This document shows, piece after piece, positions 51,068 through 63,663 of a stretch of 64,000 bases of DNA. The stretch is from Camelus ferus (taxonomy: Eukaryota), in assembly GCF_009834535.1 (NCBI RefSeq), contig NC_045700.1:80662001-80726000 (forward strand). Direction: 5' to 3'. The translations under genes were made by a program, and so were the position numbers. The notes beneath the pieces are model-generated. The model saw only the letters and a program-made list of their open reading frames with translations. It was not told where the DNA came from and ran no database searches. The first letter of the stretch is position 1. Each line of letters starts with the position of its first letter.

Positions 51068-54000
51068 CTAGGAACCATCCTCAGATTCGAGGCTCAGGGG
51101 CTCCCTTCGAGTACCAGGCCGGTAGGCTCCTCGACCCCGAGGCAGGCGGGGGTAGGAAGAAGCTGGTGTCCGACCCTTGGAGCGCTCCCAGCGGGCACAG
51201 TCCCGAGTCCTGCGGGGTGGGGGACCCTGCCAGTTGCCAGGCCCCTTCTCTTGGGGAAGACCCTCAACCCCTTGATTACGAGGCTCTGTCTTTAGGTCCA
51301 TGGGCTCCTTGAGGGGCCCCTCAGGAGGTGGCAGTTCCTGGGTGTCACTGGTGCCTTTGAGGGCACTGCACTCCCCTCCCTTTAGGTGCTTCCATTCGGG
51401 CTGTCTCCAGGGGCCTCGACTGGCCCGGGGGGGATCTAACATAGCTTTCTGGGTCTCGCCCAGCTTTTGCTGATTTGGCCCAGCCCCTGGAATCTTCTCA
51501 CATGTGTACTGGGAGGCCACAGGCAGAGGAGCCGATAGGGTGGTTTGAGCAGCTGATGAGGTGGGTGGTTCTGTGGCAAGGGCACCGGGTGGGTGGGATC
51601 CTCTAGAGGCATCCACAGCTGACTCAGGTTCCAAAGGGGCAGGAGGCTAGAAAGAAGTGAGCAGATGCAGTGAAGGAGATGCAGCTCCTCAAAGCAGGAA
51701 ACTGCAGGCCCCTCACCACTGTCTGAGCCAAACGCCATCAGCTTATCACCTCCCCGCGGTAGAACAAAGCTCACCTGAGGGCCAGGGCAGAGGGGTGTTG
51801 GTAGGAAGGTTGGGGTCATTAGGGGAGAAGAAGGAAACCCTTCCCTCACCTGCTGGAGGCTGATGAAGTACCGGTTACGCTCAGCCTCAAGGTCAATGAT
51901 GCCCCCTCTCTCCTGCTGTCTCTGGTAGAGCCTTTTGCGTTCTTCTTGCTGGCGCAAGCTCTCTGCATCAGGCTGGTACAGCTCCTGGAGAGAAGGGAGC
52001 AGAATGGCAGGGAGTAAATAAACAGGAGAAGGCAGACTCGAAACCCCTGCCCTTCCAGGACTGCCTCAAGAGATCTGCACAAGGTTCTTGGTTTTATCCT
52101 TTAGATTTGGACTGCTGAGCAAAGCTTTGGGCTCCCAGTGGGGGCCATAGCTCTGCAGAGATGGCCTAGGAAGCTTGAGCCCAATTCCAGAGATCCCATT
52201 CAAGGCAGACAAGATGCCATTCCTCCCTCCTTGAAAATAACATTATTCTTGGCTCAGACTAGCAGAGAGTTCCCTCACCATGGGCTGTTGGGGTTCAGGG
52301 GCTGCTTTCAGTGAGGCAAGATCATACACGAGGGGTTCTCTGCACACTGGACACTGCACACCAACAGCCTTCTGAAAAGAGAGGAGATATCACACCTCTG
52401 CTTCCCAGCCCAGTGCTCGCCAGCTGTCTAACGCAGTCGGCCAGCCACATCTGCAGAGGGCTGGGACGGAAGGGCACAGGCACACCAGTTCAGCAGTGAG
52501 GTGGGACAGAGTAGGGGCTGCCTAGTGAGAGATCTGGAACCTTCTGAAACCGCATGCAATAAGATTACATGTATATAAGGATGCCCTTTACCCTGGACAG
52601 AGGTAAGCCTTCATTAGTCTCAAAGGTAATATGAGCCTGGAAAGGCTAAGAAGGCACTGGACTGGAGGGAAGGAAGAGGCTGAGAATTGGTGGTGTCAAG
52701 TGAGCAGGGACCACGGGTTGACCTGTTTGGCTGCGGCGTGCTGCCGTTCCTGTTCCTGCTCCCGTCCTTGAGCCTGCAGCTCATGCTCCATGTGCTGGAT
52801 GTACCGAGCCAGGCAGTGGCAGTGGAAATAGTGGTAACAGGGTGTTTTGGTAAAGGCCTCCTTCTCCTAGAGGGAGGGCACTAAGTCAAATCTCTCTCCC
52901 GAGCCCTCCACTGCCTGTCCCAAGCAGACCCCAGGTCCCAGGAGGGAAACTCACCTGGAAACCATAGAGGCAGATGACGCACTGGCCATGGGGGATATTG
53001 TTATCTGTGAGAATCTCCTTCCCTTTCTGAGCAGAGAGAGGACACTGATCAAACAGGGATGCATGGGCCAGAACTGTGAGCAAAGCTAGTCTATTACTCC
53101 CAGGAGTGACTGGCTGGCCAGTCTCCCACTGAGCCAGTTTGTCTTGTGTTCATGTATTTCTGTCTTGGTGATGCTTCCTTGGCTTGGAATCTTTCCTCCT
53201 CCACATCTCTGCCCCTCCCCCCAAATCTGTCCAGCTGCAAAATCCAATTTAATTGTTTTTTGACTCAGTAAGTCACCTTTAATACATCTTGGAGATGAAA
53301 ATATACCTTAAATGAGAAAAAAAAGTTCAATTGAAACGTTTTGGGAGGACTTTTCTTGGTTATCCCTCTTTGAGTATCACCTCCCCAATGAGCCTGTTCT
53401 GGAGTCACCTTTTAGAAAGGAAGTGAAGGCATGGACACCCGAAATGGACAGAGAATTCAAAAGGCATCAGGTTGAGCTGTGAAATATGCATTTGTGCTGC
53501 TGTTGGAATAGCTAATACTCTGGAATTCCACAAAGTTCAAAGCTGCATCATGGAGGCCTGACTCAGGAGTGCTACAGTGGTCTATGCCCACTCAGACTCC
53601 AGGCCATCCACCTTTGACCTTTTCTGAACATTTTTCTTGAAAACTCAATGGAAAAACAAGACTATTTGTGTTTGTGATCTCAAAACAAAAAAGTCATCTA
53701 TGTACATGAACCTGTAGCTCTAGGTGTTGTTTCATGTGGGTTGTTTCCTTCACTAGGCAGAAACTCTTTGAGTAAAAGAACCATGACCTTTTCTAGTCAG
53801 CTCCAATGGCAGACTAGTCTTTAAATGTTCATTCATGGCTAGACCCTCTAGGCAAGATCCGTATCTCTTGCTACTTTCAGTTGCCAGAGCCGGGAGAACA
53901 AGAAATGCACTCAAACTGAAGCAAGACAAATCCACGTTAAGGAGGACAAGTAATTTTCTGTCAAGATGCTGGAACAGGCAACTTGGGGAAGCTACAGAAT

Positions 54001-57000
54001 TGTCTTTTGGGGAGATTTTTGAAACATAAGAAAGTCTCATCTTCCTGGATCAGTTTAGGCCTTACCCGAACAAGAACTAAATGAATGTCTCCAGATGTAT
54101 TTAAGATTCTAGGCTCATAGCGTCCCTTGGGAGAAACTGCTCTAGCTGGAAGGGAAGACATTTCCCCAGGCTAGCACACCTCTTACCTCGATAAGTTCAT
54201 ACAGCATGGCAGTACCTAGCCCAGCCTTAGCCACGTGGCTCAGCGCCTGTGAGATCCTGGAGGAAAAGCACAAAGCATACATCAGGCCTGCCCCCTTCCC
54301 TCACCTCACTGAGCTGTATCCCAAGTACTCCCTGCTCTGACCAGCCTCACTTACTTGTGGATCTGTTCATCTGAGAGTCCTCGGGGGTTACGGATAGAGA
54401 TCTCTGGCACCTCATACGGATACTAGAGGGAGAAAATAATCAAGTTACTGTGAAGCACTGTACTCCAAGGCCTCTCCTCTTCCTCTGCCATGAAGTAGAG
54501 GCCTCACCTGTGTTGGGACCTGAAGCACCAGAGTGAAGCAGACATACTGTGAATCCTGGTCTTCTGCAGTGGCAGGGTTTAGGGTGATGTAGATCTCCCA
54601 TGGTGACGATCTGCAGGTGGATGGAGTGGAGACCTGGGATGTGACTGGGCGGGGACTTGAGGGCTGGGGAGGGTGGGGGTGAGACAGTCAAGCGAGCAGA
54701 TGAAGTAAGTATTGGACTCTTTCTTTTGGGGGAATTAAAGGAATAATTCTGTCTACAGACAGAAATATTATCTCTAAATCAAGGCTCACAGATACTGCAT
54801 GGAATTCTCTTATTACTAAGGGGACTCCCGCCCACCTCTAGGTGAATACGTACCTGCCATTTCCTTTAACCACCTGTAGTTCATCCAGATAGATAGACTC
54901 TAACACTTCAACTTCCGAAGGAAGGACCCTAGAGAGAAGGGGGAGATTGACTCACCATTTTAGCTCTCCCTATTAAAGCTAGTAAGGCTTTGCAGAAAAA
55001 TGGCATTCTGCCTGAGTGTGTTCTCTTGCTAATCTCCATAAAAATGAGGGACATGTGTTTCCTTAAGTAGTCAAGTAGCCAGGGAGGAAGCATGGGAGTC
55101 AAGAATTTTAGAGATCATTTCTGCCATCAGATGAGAAAATGGATTCCCAAGAGGATGAAAATGACTAGCCCAAATCTCAGGGATTAACAGGGGCAGAAAC
55201 GGGTCTAGAGCTAGGCTTCCTGACACCCTGTATAAGTTTCATTGCACTGTTAGCTGTTCCTTAGTGGCCATCTCTCTGATCCAGAAATATGATGTTCATT
55301 GATTAGCATTAAGTTTACCAATATCACTCCTGACTTTCCCTATACCACCATTTGTGGATTCCAGTGTGTATACACACTGCCAATACCAGGCACGGTAAAC
55401 CTTCTCAAAGGAGATACCAATCTGAACAGAACAGATCTATGTGTGGTATAAAGGCTGTGTTGTAGTGGTAGAACCATTAGCCTCAGATTCAGTAATAGGT
55501 ACCAATCACTTACCAGCTATGTGATCTGAGTACTTACTTATATCTATAAGCCTGAATTACCTTGTCCACCATATATAGATAATACCACCTACTCTCCAGG
55601 GTTATAGTGATGAAATCTAATTTGGTTATAGTATTTTAGCCATAGTAGCTAGTTTATATCTTTTTTCCTATTTGTTTAACTTTCTCCCTTAAAAGAAAAG
55701 CAGGAAGGATGTAGTCAATATCTGATGTATTTCTGACCCTTGCTGTCTGGTTGATCTAGATCAGCCTGTCCAAGTTAGGATCCAGTGGTCCTGATATAAA
55801 TCAGAGGACACACGTTTAATCACAGAAGCAGTAGCTGTAATGACATGGAAGATGAGTGACTGTCTTGAGTCCACAGGTCTACCCAAATACACGGAAAGAT
55901 AACATGCTTGGTTTGCTTTCTCATAGTTATATTGTTCCTTCTTCACCAGGAGCAGGGCTGCCCTAGCATGACACACATATATATGTACTTACATATACAT
56001 ATGTATATGTACATATATCTGTGTACGTGTGTATATATAGATTATATATAGTGGGTCTCAAAACTTTAAGTCTTAGGCAGACACCTCAAAATATAAAATA
56101 GATCACAAAGATAACAGGGGAGTTCTGGTTGACATAAGCGTCAGAGTCTGGAGCACCACGGGCTAGCTGTGCAATCACGCCCTCTCCATAGCACAAAGTG
56201 TCTCCTCTGAATCTTAAAGTCCCCTTGAACAGGTTGAAAACCACAAGTCTGGATGGTCTCAGTAAAGGCCAGCACTGGTTAGGCTCCCTGAACCAAAGGA
56301 ACACTGAGGTGAAGCTGTCACATGAGGCCCTTCAATACTTCACCCACCCAACCTGTGACTTCGGCCCTGGATATGAGATGGGATGGTGATAAGGTGGTGA
56401 CAAAAAAAGGTGGGGGGATGGGTGGGATTGTAGAATGTCCTGATACTAAGAACATGAGATTTAGAGTCAGACAACTTGGATTCCTAATCATATGTACCTT
56501 TTGGCAAATCATTTTACCTCTTCAGGCCCTACCTAGTCTCTGCAGGTACCTACACCTCAGAGTTATTAATGAAAAGGAGGCTTATGTATGTTACAAATCC
56601 ATCTGTAATCCTCTCAACTATTCTATGAGGTATTGCCACACCCACTTTTTTTTTTTTTTTTACAGCTGATACTGACACACAGAAGCTATGTGGCCTGGTC
56701 AGCATCACAGCTAATAAAATATTAAGTGAACCCACATTTATCTATTTCCAAATCCTAGAGTCCTTCCAGGTTGTGATCTCTTGTTAAGAATGCTTGAGAG
56801 AAGGACTAGGAGAGCTTTTTGTGAGAATGTAAAGCTTTATTCAGACAACAGTCCTCATTAATGCTGTCGGGGAGGGGGAAGGTTGAGAAAAGCCTCAACG
56901 GAAACAGACTGATCCAAGGGGAAAGGGGGACGGGAACTGGAGGACATCGATTCCGGGAAGTAAAAGGGAGAGAAGAGAACTGATAAGCAGGCATCCCCCG

Positions 57001-57353
57001 GGACCCTGAGCAAATCTACCTCAGAAGGAGAGAATGGGACACGATAAAGCCGGAGAAGACGAGATCTAACTAGATAAGGCGTGGCCCGAACTGGCCAGGC
57101 CGGCGCAGATGCGGTCTCCTTTCGGTCAGATCAGCGCCCCTCCACCCACCCGCTCCCCAGTCCAGAACTCTTTTAGGGTGAAATGTCAGCGTCTCTGCCA
57201 TCCCTCATCCCTCGTCCCGCCCTACACGCCCGCCATACGGACAGTTCCCTGCAGCCGCTAGTAGCCGGACCGGATCCAGTCGGTCAGCCAAAGCCCAGGT
57301 CCCCAAAGTTACCAGTCCTCTTCCCCTGCCGTTGCAGACGCAGAAGCCGCCAT
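51068..57353 (-). CDS. RNF25: E3 ubiquitin ligase RNF25 (AO7), 459 aa. Coding exons: 57353-57313, 54928-54854, 54610-54508, 54422-54355, 54256-54187, 53026-52955, 52866-52723, 52371-52279, 51984-51850, 51646-51068
   Basis: RWD domain (EVEVLESIY...YPYEVP), RING-H2 finger (CVICLYGF...CYHYFHCHC...CPVC), Pro-rich C-terminus ending SLESEDGS*. 1380 nt in frame. Confidence 0.97.
55968..56050 (+). repeat. TA/CA/TG alternating low-complexity tract in RNF25 intron 1
   Basis: Read directly. Confidence 0.8.
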
Positions 57354-57800
57354 GTCTTCTGCAGCCCACAGCCGGAACCGGAAATACTCTCGGGGAAGTC
57401 GGAGGCGGTAGGTTAAACCCAGGAGGATGGCTAGCGGCCGTTTCTAGGCAACCGCAGACTCCGGGTCCTTAGACGGTCCTGATGGCCAAGGGACGGTTCG
57501 GATGTGCCCTAGGAAGTGTCTATGGGCGATCCACCGTCTCTCCCACACGCCTGAATGCCTTTGTCCTCCGGACCTCCGACCAGTTCTAGAGAGTAAAATG
57601 GGTAACAATGGGAGTCTAAAGAGCACGCAGTTGGGGGTGGAGAAGAATGGTAAGTCAGGCAAAGTACGCAGGCAGCTAGAAGAGGCGGGGCTGAAGGCCA
57701 GCGTTGGCGCCCCGCGGCCTGAGGAGCTTGAAGCTCCTTGACTAGGGGTGAGAGAGGGGCTCCTGTCTGCTAAGCGCGAGGGCAGAGCGTGTGGGCGGGG
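56940..57800. promoter_or_regulatory. CpG island and bidirectional promoter of RNF25 (-) and STK36 (+), including an X-box-like site at 57440-57452
   Basis: CpG-dense. RNF25 ATG at 57353, candidate STK36 exon-1 donor at 57649/57650, tandem CCGGAA ETS-like sites at about 57372-57383. Confidence 0.8.
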
Positions 57801-57835
57801 GTGCTGAGGATGTTGGTAATGTCAGGAACTTTGGG

Positions 57836-58015
57836 GAGGCTGGAAGGGGTGGGGTCTGTGAGCGAGGCTGGGTTGGAGGTGGGCGGGGTCGGGTAGGCGA
57901 GGTTGGATGGAGAGGGCGGGGTCGGGTGGGCGAAGCTGGGTGGAGAGGGCGGGGTGGAGGGGAGAAGCTGAGTGAAGTGGGCAGTGATCCTGTGGGCGAG
58001 GCTGGGTGGAGGGAT
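57836..58015 (+). repeat. Degenerate G-rich minisatellite, 32-35 bp unit, 5-6 copies
   Basis: Units starting GCGAGGCTGGG or variants at 57862, 57897, 57930, 57962 and 57996. Confidence 0.75.
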
Positions 58016-58310
58016 ACGGGGAACACGGGGTTGGGTGGGAACCAGGTTGGGCTGGGGGGCAGGAGGAGAAAAGGAGGGAGAACTACATGAGGCGCTCTGC
58101 TCCGGGATCTCATCTCTCCATCCACTCCACCCTACCTTGTTTATGAGTCCTGGATTGTTATGAAAAAGAGGAAAAGGCAAGATGGCTAACATTAAATCTT
58201 TCTTCCATGCCCGAACCAGGCCTCCCAGATGTGTGGAACTGTCCCTGGAGTTGTAGCCCTTCACCATCACCTCTACCTTCTTCCTTCTGAGGGATCCTGA
58301 AATCTCTGTC

Positions 58311-61300
58311 ATGGAAAAGTACCACGTGTTGGAGATGATTGGAGAAGGCTCTTTTGGGAGGGTGTACAAGGGTCGAAGAAAATACAGTGCTCAGGTGGTG
58401 AAAAAAGAGGGATATTTCTTGGGTGGGATTCCACACCCTCAACTCCAGTGGAGAATGGGACCAGAATACTGACCTGTATTTCTAAGACACTGACTCCTCG
58501 TACTTTTTATGGAGTGTACGCTCTGAAGTTGGATTACTTGGGTTCATATCCCAGCTCCACCACTTTCTCACCTTAGAACTATGGACAGATTACTCAGCCT
58601 CTCTATGTCTCAGGTTCCTCATTTATAGAATGAAAATTAAAACAGTATCTGATTCATGGGGTTTGATAATTAAGTGTAATGTCACACTGAATCACTTAGT
58701 ACAATGCCTGGCACCTAGTAAACAACAAATTATTATTATTTTTATTATTGGTCTCTATCATACCAGGCAAGAAGGCATAAACGACTTGAACTCTATTCTT
58801 CCCTCTTCATTTTTCCATCCTTCCCTTTCCCCTAAATCCCTTAAATCTTGAGGTTTTTTTTTTGGGGGGGGGGCTTTTGTTTGTTTATTTTTTGCATGGG
58901 AGGGAGGTAATTCGATGTATTTATTTATTTATTTATTTTGATGGAGGTACTGAGGATTGAACCTAGAACCTCATGCATGCTAAGCATGCACTCTACCACT
59001 GAGCTATACTCTCCCACAAATCTTGAGTTCTTTATCCAGATCAGAACACCTCTCCCAGAGTCCACCAAAGGTATCTGTCTGGCAGAGGCTGTTTCCTCCT
59101 AGGGCAAGAGGTATCGGAAGCCTGGATAAGGCCTGGGTGCCAGGGGGATAAGTGGAGTGGGAGACTAGCAGATATAATGAGAATTGCTCAAACAGTTTAA
59201 AGTCTGAGTTCTGGAGCTCTGAGGCTAATGTTTCAGTAGTGTGGTTAGACCTTGACTCTTCATCTTACCACTGACAGGTGGTGGCCCTGAAGTTCATTCC
59301 AAAATTGGGACGCTCAGAGAAGGAGCTGAGGAATCTGCAACGAGAGATTGAAATCATGCGGGGTCTGCGGCATCCCAACATCGTGCATATGCTTGACAGC
59401 TTCGAGACTGACAAAGAGGTACACTGCGGTTTGGGGTCACCTCTCCCCAAGAAGAAGGGTCTCAGGAATTTCCCAGCCTCAAAATGCATAAATCTGCATA
59501 AATCAGTACCATTGCCTTCTCCCTGCAGGTGGTGGTGGTGACAGACTATGCTGAGGGAGAGCTATTTCAGATCCTAGAAGATGATGGAAAACTTCCTGAA
59601 GACCAGGTATGTTTCCTGGCTCAAATTTCTCCTATACCTGGCCTCTCCTCAGATTAATGACTGGTAAGGTAAGCTGAGGGCACTGAGAATGTCCATTTTG
59701 AAAACTCCTGAGTGAAATATGAGTCGAGATGTGTATAGAACCAGAATGATATGACAGTACAGTCTGTGGATGTTGGAACCCAAATCTTTGAGTACAAAAG
59801 CTGGATCTGCTACTTTCTAGCTGAATCTTCTTGGGCAAGCTACTTTAACCTCTCTCTGCTCAGTGTCCTCATTTTAAAGTGAAAGTAATAATAATTTCTA
59901 CCTCATAAGGCTATTGTAAGAATTAGTGAGTTAATTGATGTAAAGTGTTTTTTAAAAGAATACTTAACATGCAGTGTTCAATATAGTTAGCTATTATAAA
60001 TGTTGTTGTTAACATTAGGCACTTTTAGGGAAGAAGGGCCAATGTGATGGTACCAGAGAGGCAGGAAGGAATAAGGGCTGTGGTTAAAGCAGCATTCACC
60101 ACCAAGACACAGTGGTTAGCATTGGGACTTGGTTGAACACATTCTCCAGCATACTCATTCTAGAGATTTCTCTGTACTCTAGCAAGTAGGCTTTTCTCAG
60201 GACTTCCTGTAACAGCATTCTGTTTTCTTCTGAGCACTCATCATTATTTGTAGGTCATAATCTTATTTGTTTTGTCTTGTTTGTTTGCCTGACTACTTCT
60301 CTTGCAAAAAGGACTTTGTCATATTAAATAACAGCTAATGTATATTGAATGCTTATTAAGTGCCAGGCACCATTCTGAGCATTACATTACTTTACATGCT
60401 TTAACTCATTTAATCCTCACAATAATCCCATAAGTGGTATCATTATTGTCACCTTACAGACAGTTGATGAATCTGACAGGCACAAGATTGTTGGCCTGTG
60501 GTTATGCAGCTAGTGAGACTCATTACCTTTTCCTTGAATGAATGAATGAATGAATGAACAAGTGAAAGGATGAGTGAATAGGGGAGCAAGAATGAAAGAA
60601 GGTATCATATGAAGCTGTGGAAGAAAGACAAGGAAGAGAAGGTCACATCAGCAATAGTAGCAGAGCAGAGTCTTGGGGCTCATTATCAGGCTCCTTCCTC
60701 TGACCTCTCCTTTCCTCCTCCTACCTGACTGTTTGACCCCTAGGTTCAGGCCATTGCTGCCCAGTTGGTGTCTGCCCTCTATTATCTGCACTCCCACCGC
60801 ATCCTCCACCGAGACATGAAGCCTCAGAACATCCTCCTTGCCAAGGGTGGTGGCATCAAGCTCTGTGACTTTGGGTGAGGAGCTTGACCTTCCGCCTCTA
60901 CTTCCAGTTCTGTAGAAAGTCTTAGACCATATGCTTGACTTCCTTGGGCCTCATTTTAGAACCTAGGCTGGAGACTGGAATTTATGCTGGGTCTTTTGGA
61001 AGATGCTCTCTCTGTTTGGGTTGGGAGTATTTCATACAATGATAGCAGCAACCAGGTCTAGTTTTTATTGAATATTTCTCTCTTTCCATTCCCACTCCAT
61101 CATCTCATGCAGATTTGCCCGGGCTATGAGTACCAACACGATGGTGCTGACATCCATTAAAGGCACACCACTCTACATGTCTCCAGAGCTGGTGGAAGAA
61201 CGACCATACGACCACACCGCAGACCTCTGGTCTGTGGGCTGCATACTGTATGAGTTGGCAGTAGGCACCCCTCCCTTCTATACCACAAGCATCTTTCAGC

Positions 61301-63663
61301 TGATCAGCCTCATTCTCAAGGACCCTGTGCGCTGGCCCCCCACCATTAGTCCTTGCTTCAAGGTACAGAATATTGAAGGGTTACTTTTGCATCAGAAACC
61401 TGTCTCCCTCTGCCCCATTCCCTTTTTCACAATTTTTTTCCAGAGCTAGGGCTGTACTTTGTAGTTTCTGAATTAATGCAGGAGCTGGGGCAAGCTGCCT
61501 TGCTTTTTCACTCCAGGGGCATGTTTTGGAAGGGTGTTCTAAGGTCTGCCAAACTTGGGAGTAACAGCCCCTCCTTGGGCCAGGCTTATCTTGATCACAA
61601 TGGAAAGGTAATTTCAAGACACCAGAGAGATACTGGTCCCTTTACATATGTATCTCTGTCCACTCATTTCCTGTCCGATGGAGTATCCATATGATTTGTA
61701 GATTTACCAACACAGCTGTCAGTCCTCTTCCTGAAAGAAGGAATCTTCAGATATACAAACTAGCTCAGTGATTGGGGACAGAGGATTGAGGTGGTGCCTG
61801 CTCATTGCAGCTAAGTCTCAGCAGGAGGGAGTAAGGGAGGAAAAAGACCCTTTTTATTTCTTTTCTAGGGCAAGATTTGGGCCTTCAATAAAATTTAAAT
61901 GCAACCTTCTCCCACAGTGAAATCTCATTATAGTTTTCCTTTGTCCAAGATGAAAAGGGACAAGTTTCTCCCTAACCTGTTTAGTTGAGAGAGGCGCAAA
62001 TAATTATCAAAAAGAGTGTAACAGAAGAAACTTAAGTGGATGCTATACAAAGGATATTCTTTCTTCCTTAGGGCAGATATGCAGGTATCTCCAGCAAGAG
62101 CCATGATGTGCTAATCACCTTGTTTTAGAACAGTGGTCCTAATTAATCTACTAGTACCTTCTATTCCTATTTCAGGCCCAACTGAGAATGTCCCCAAGGA
62201 TACCTCATAACAGATGTACTCTTTTTAGATACAGTCTCCCTACCCCTCCACCATCTGAAGACTTGCTGGAAGATTTGTTTTTGAGTGCTCCCAAACCCGT
62301 CTTTACACAATGACTTGTGCATATGAGTGTGCTTTTAATTATAAATGCATTTGTTCCTACCCAGCGCAAACAAACCACAGTCAAAGGGAGGGCAAAGTGA
62401 GCAGTTTGGGACTCCCATGAATGTTTGCTTTCTGAAAATGATTGTGAAGGTGACATCCCTCTTTCTTAGTTTTTTCTTACTTCTTCACATACTGGTGACA
62501 TTGAGATTTCTGGTTTTACTTCTGGGGTTCTAAAATGTCCTGGGCCATGGACAGGAATTGGGGCTCCCCTGGAAGTGAGGCAGTGAGATCTGTTCATGAT
62601 TTCGGCCAGGGAAATGAGGCCTAAGATAGGATTAGAGAGGGTTTGATCAAGACCAGCTAGTCTGCTGAAAGAATGGACTCGGGTCTTGGTTTGCCGGTTC
62701 TGATGAGTTAGAGGAGTCGGTAGAGAAGTGCAGGCTGATGGAGTGTCCTTTCTCTCCACAGAACTTCCTGCAGGGACTGCTCACCAAGGATCCCCAGCAG
62801 CGTCTGTCCTGGCCAGACCTCTTACATCACCCCTTTATTGCTGGTCGTGTCACCAGTGAGTCCTTAGGGTTCCTGGGCTCTTGTGCTTCCCTAGTACGCT
62901 ATCCAGTTAACACCAGTATTGGGATCCAACATGTATTCTTTACGCCACCAGCTTGAATTTTCTTCCTAGCCCTTTGCATGACCCTTGCCATTTCCCTTGC
63001 AACCCCCCTCCCTCTTTGTCACTTTGTCAGTAGGGTCCGCTTCCACAGAAGCCTGGAGACACTGAAGTTGTCTCTGGCCAAATGGCAATGGTGGCATGGC
63101 TCCAGTATGATCATGTCTTCCCCCTCTTCTCTTCCTGCAGTATTAACTGAGCCAGGAGGCCCAGATTTGGGTACCCCGTTCACCAGTCGCCTTCCCCCAG
63201 AACTTCAAGTCCTAAAGGACCAACAGGCACATCGGCTGGCCCCCAAGGGCAATCGATCTCGCATCTTGCGTCAAGCCTGTAAACGCATGGCAGAGGAGGC
63301 CAAGCAGAAGGTGTGTGGGACAGGGGACAGTGTGTGACATAATCAGGCTAGTGACTGGGGGAGTTGGAGAAGGAGGGTGACTTTCTAGGATTGAAGAAGG
63401 GCCACAAAAAGGAGTCATACTGCCTTATGGCAACCAAAGAGTTCTGACTCAGTGTCTCCTGCTCATTTCCTACAGAAACAGCAGAACACAGGACCTCCCC
63501 TTGAGCAAGAGGATGGGATCAACAAGGTGGCTTCTGGCTCATCTCCTCTGCCCAGACCAAAGACCACTCCTCAGGAACCAGGCCTCTTGGCTGGGATCTT
63601 GACCTCAGAAATGAAGAGCAGCTGGGCTGAGTGGGGGGCTGGGGAGGCTCCCCCTGCACCTCG
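58311..63663 (+). CDS. STK36: Serine/threonine kinase 36 (Fused homolog), 5' part, continuing beyond the window. Coding exons: 58311-58394, 59278-59418, 59529-59606, 60744-60874, 61113-61362, 62762-62855, 63141-63310, 63476-63663
   Basis: [21 protein letters not shown] (Gly loop), [31 protein letters not shown] motifs, all in frame across GT-AG exons. Confidence 0.97.
58853..59017 (-). mobile_element. Full-length tRNA-Ala-derived SINE with 10-bp target site duplication in STK36 intron 2
   Basis: Minus strand GGGAGAGTATAGCTCAGTGGTAGAG...GGTTCAATCCTCAGTACCTCCA plus (AAAT)n tail. AAATCTTGAG occurs at 58843-58852 and 59018-59027. Confidence 0.9.

Noticed and set aside
51436-51957. 173-aa minus-strand ORF in RNF25
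   Set aside because: It is exon 9 reading through into the intron, not a separate gene.
57005-57040. Sequence in RNF25 intron 1 faintly resembling exon 2 (…CCTTCTGAGGTAG)
   Set aside because: The similarity is too short and does not continue in frame. The true exon 2 is at 54928-54854.
58945-59016. Possible tRNA-Ala(AGC) genes here and at 1921-1993, 2034-2106 and 37424-37500
   Set aside because: They have stem mismatches, A-rich SINE tails and TSDs, so they are tRNA-derived SINE heads rather than tRNA genes.
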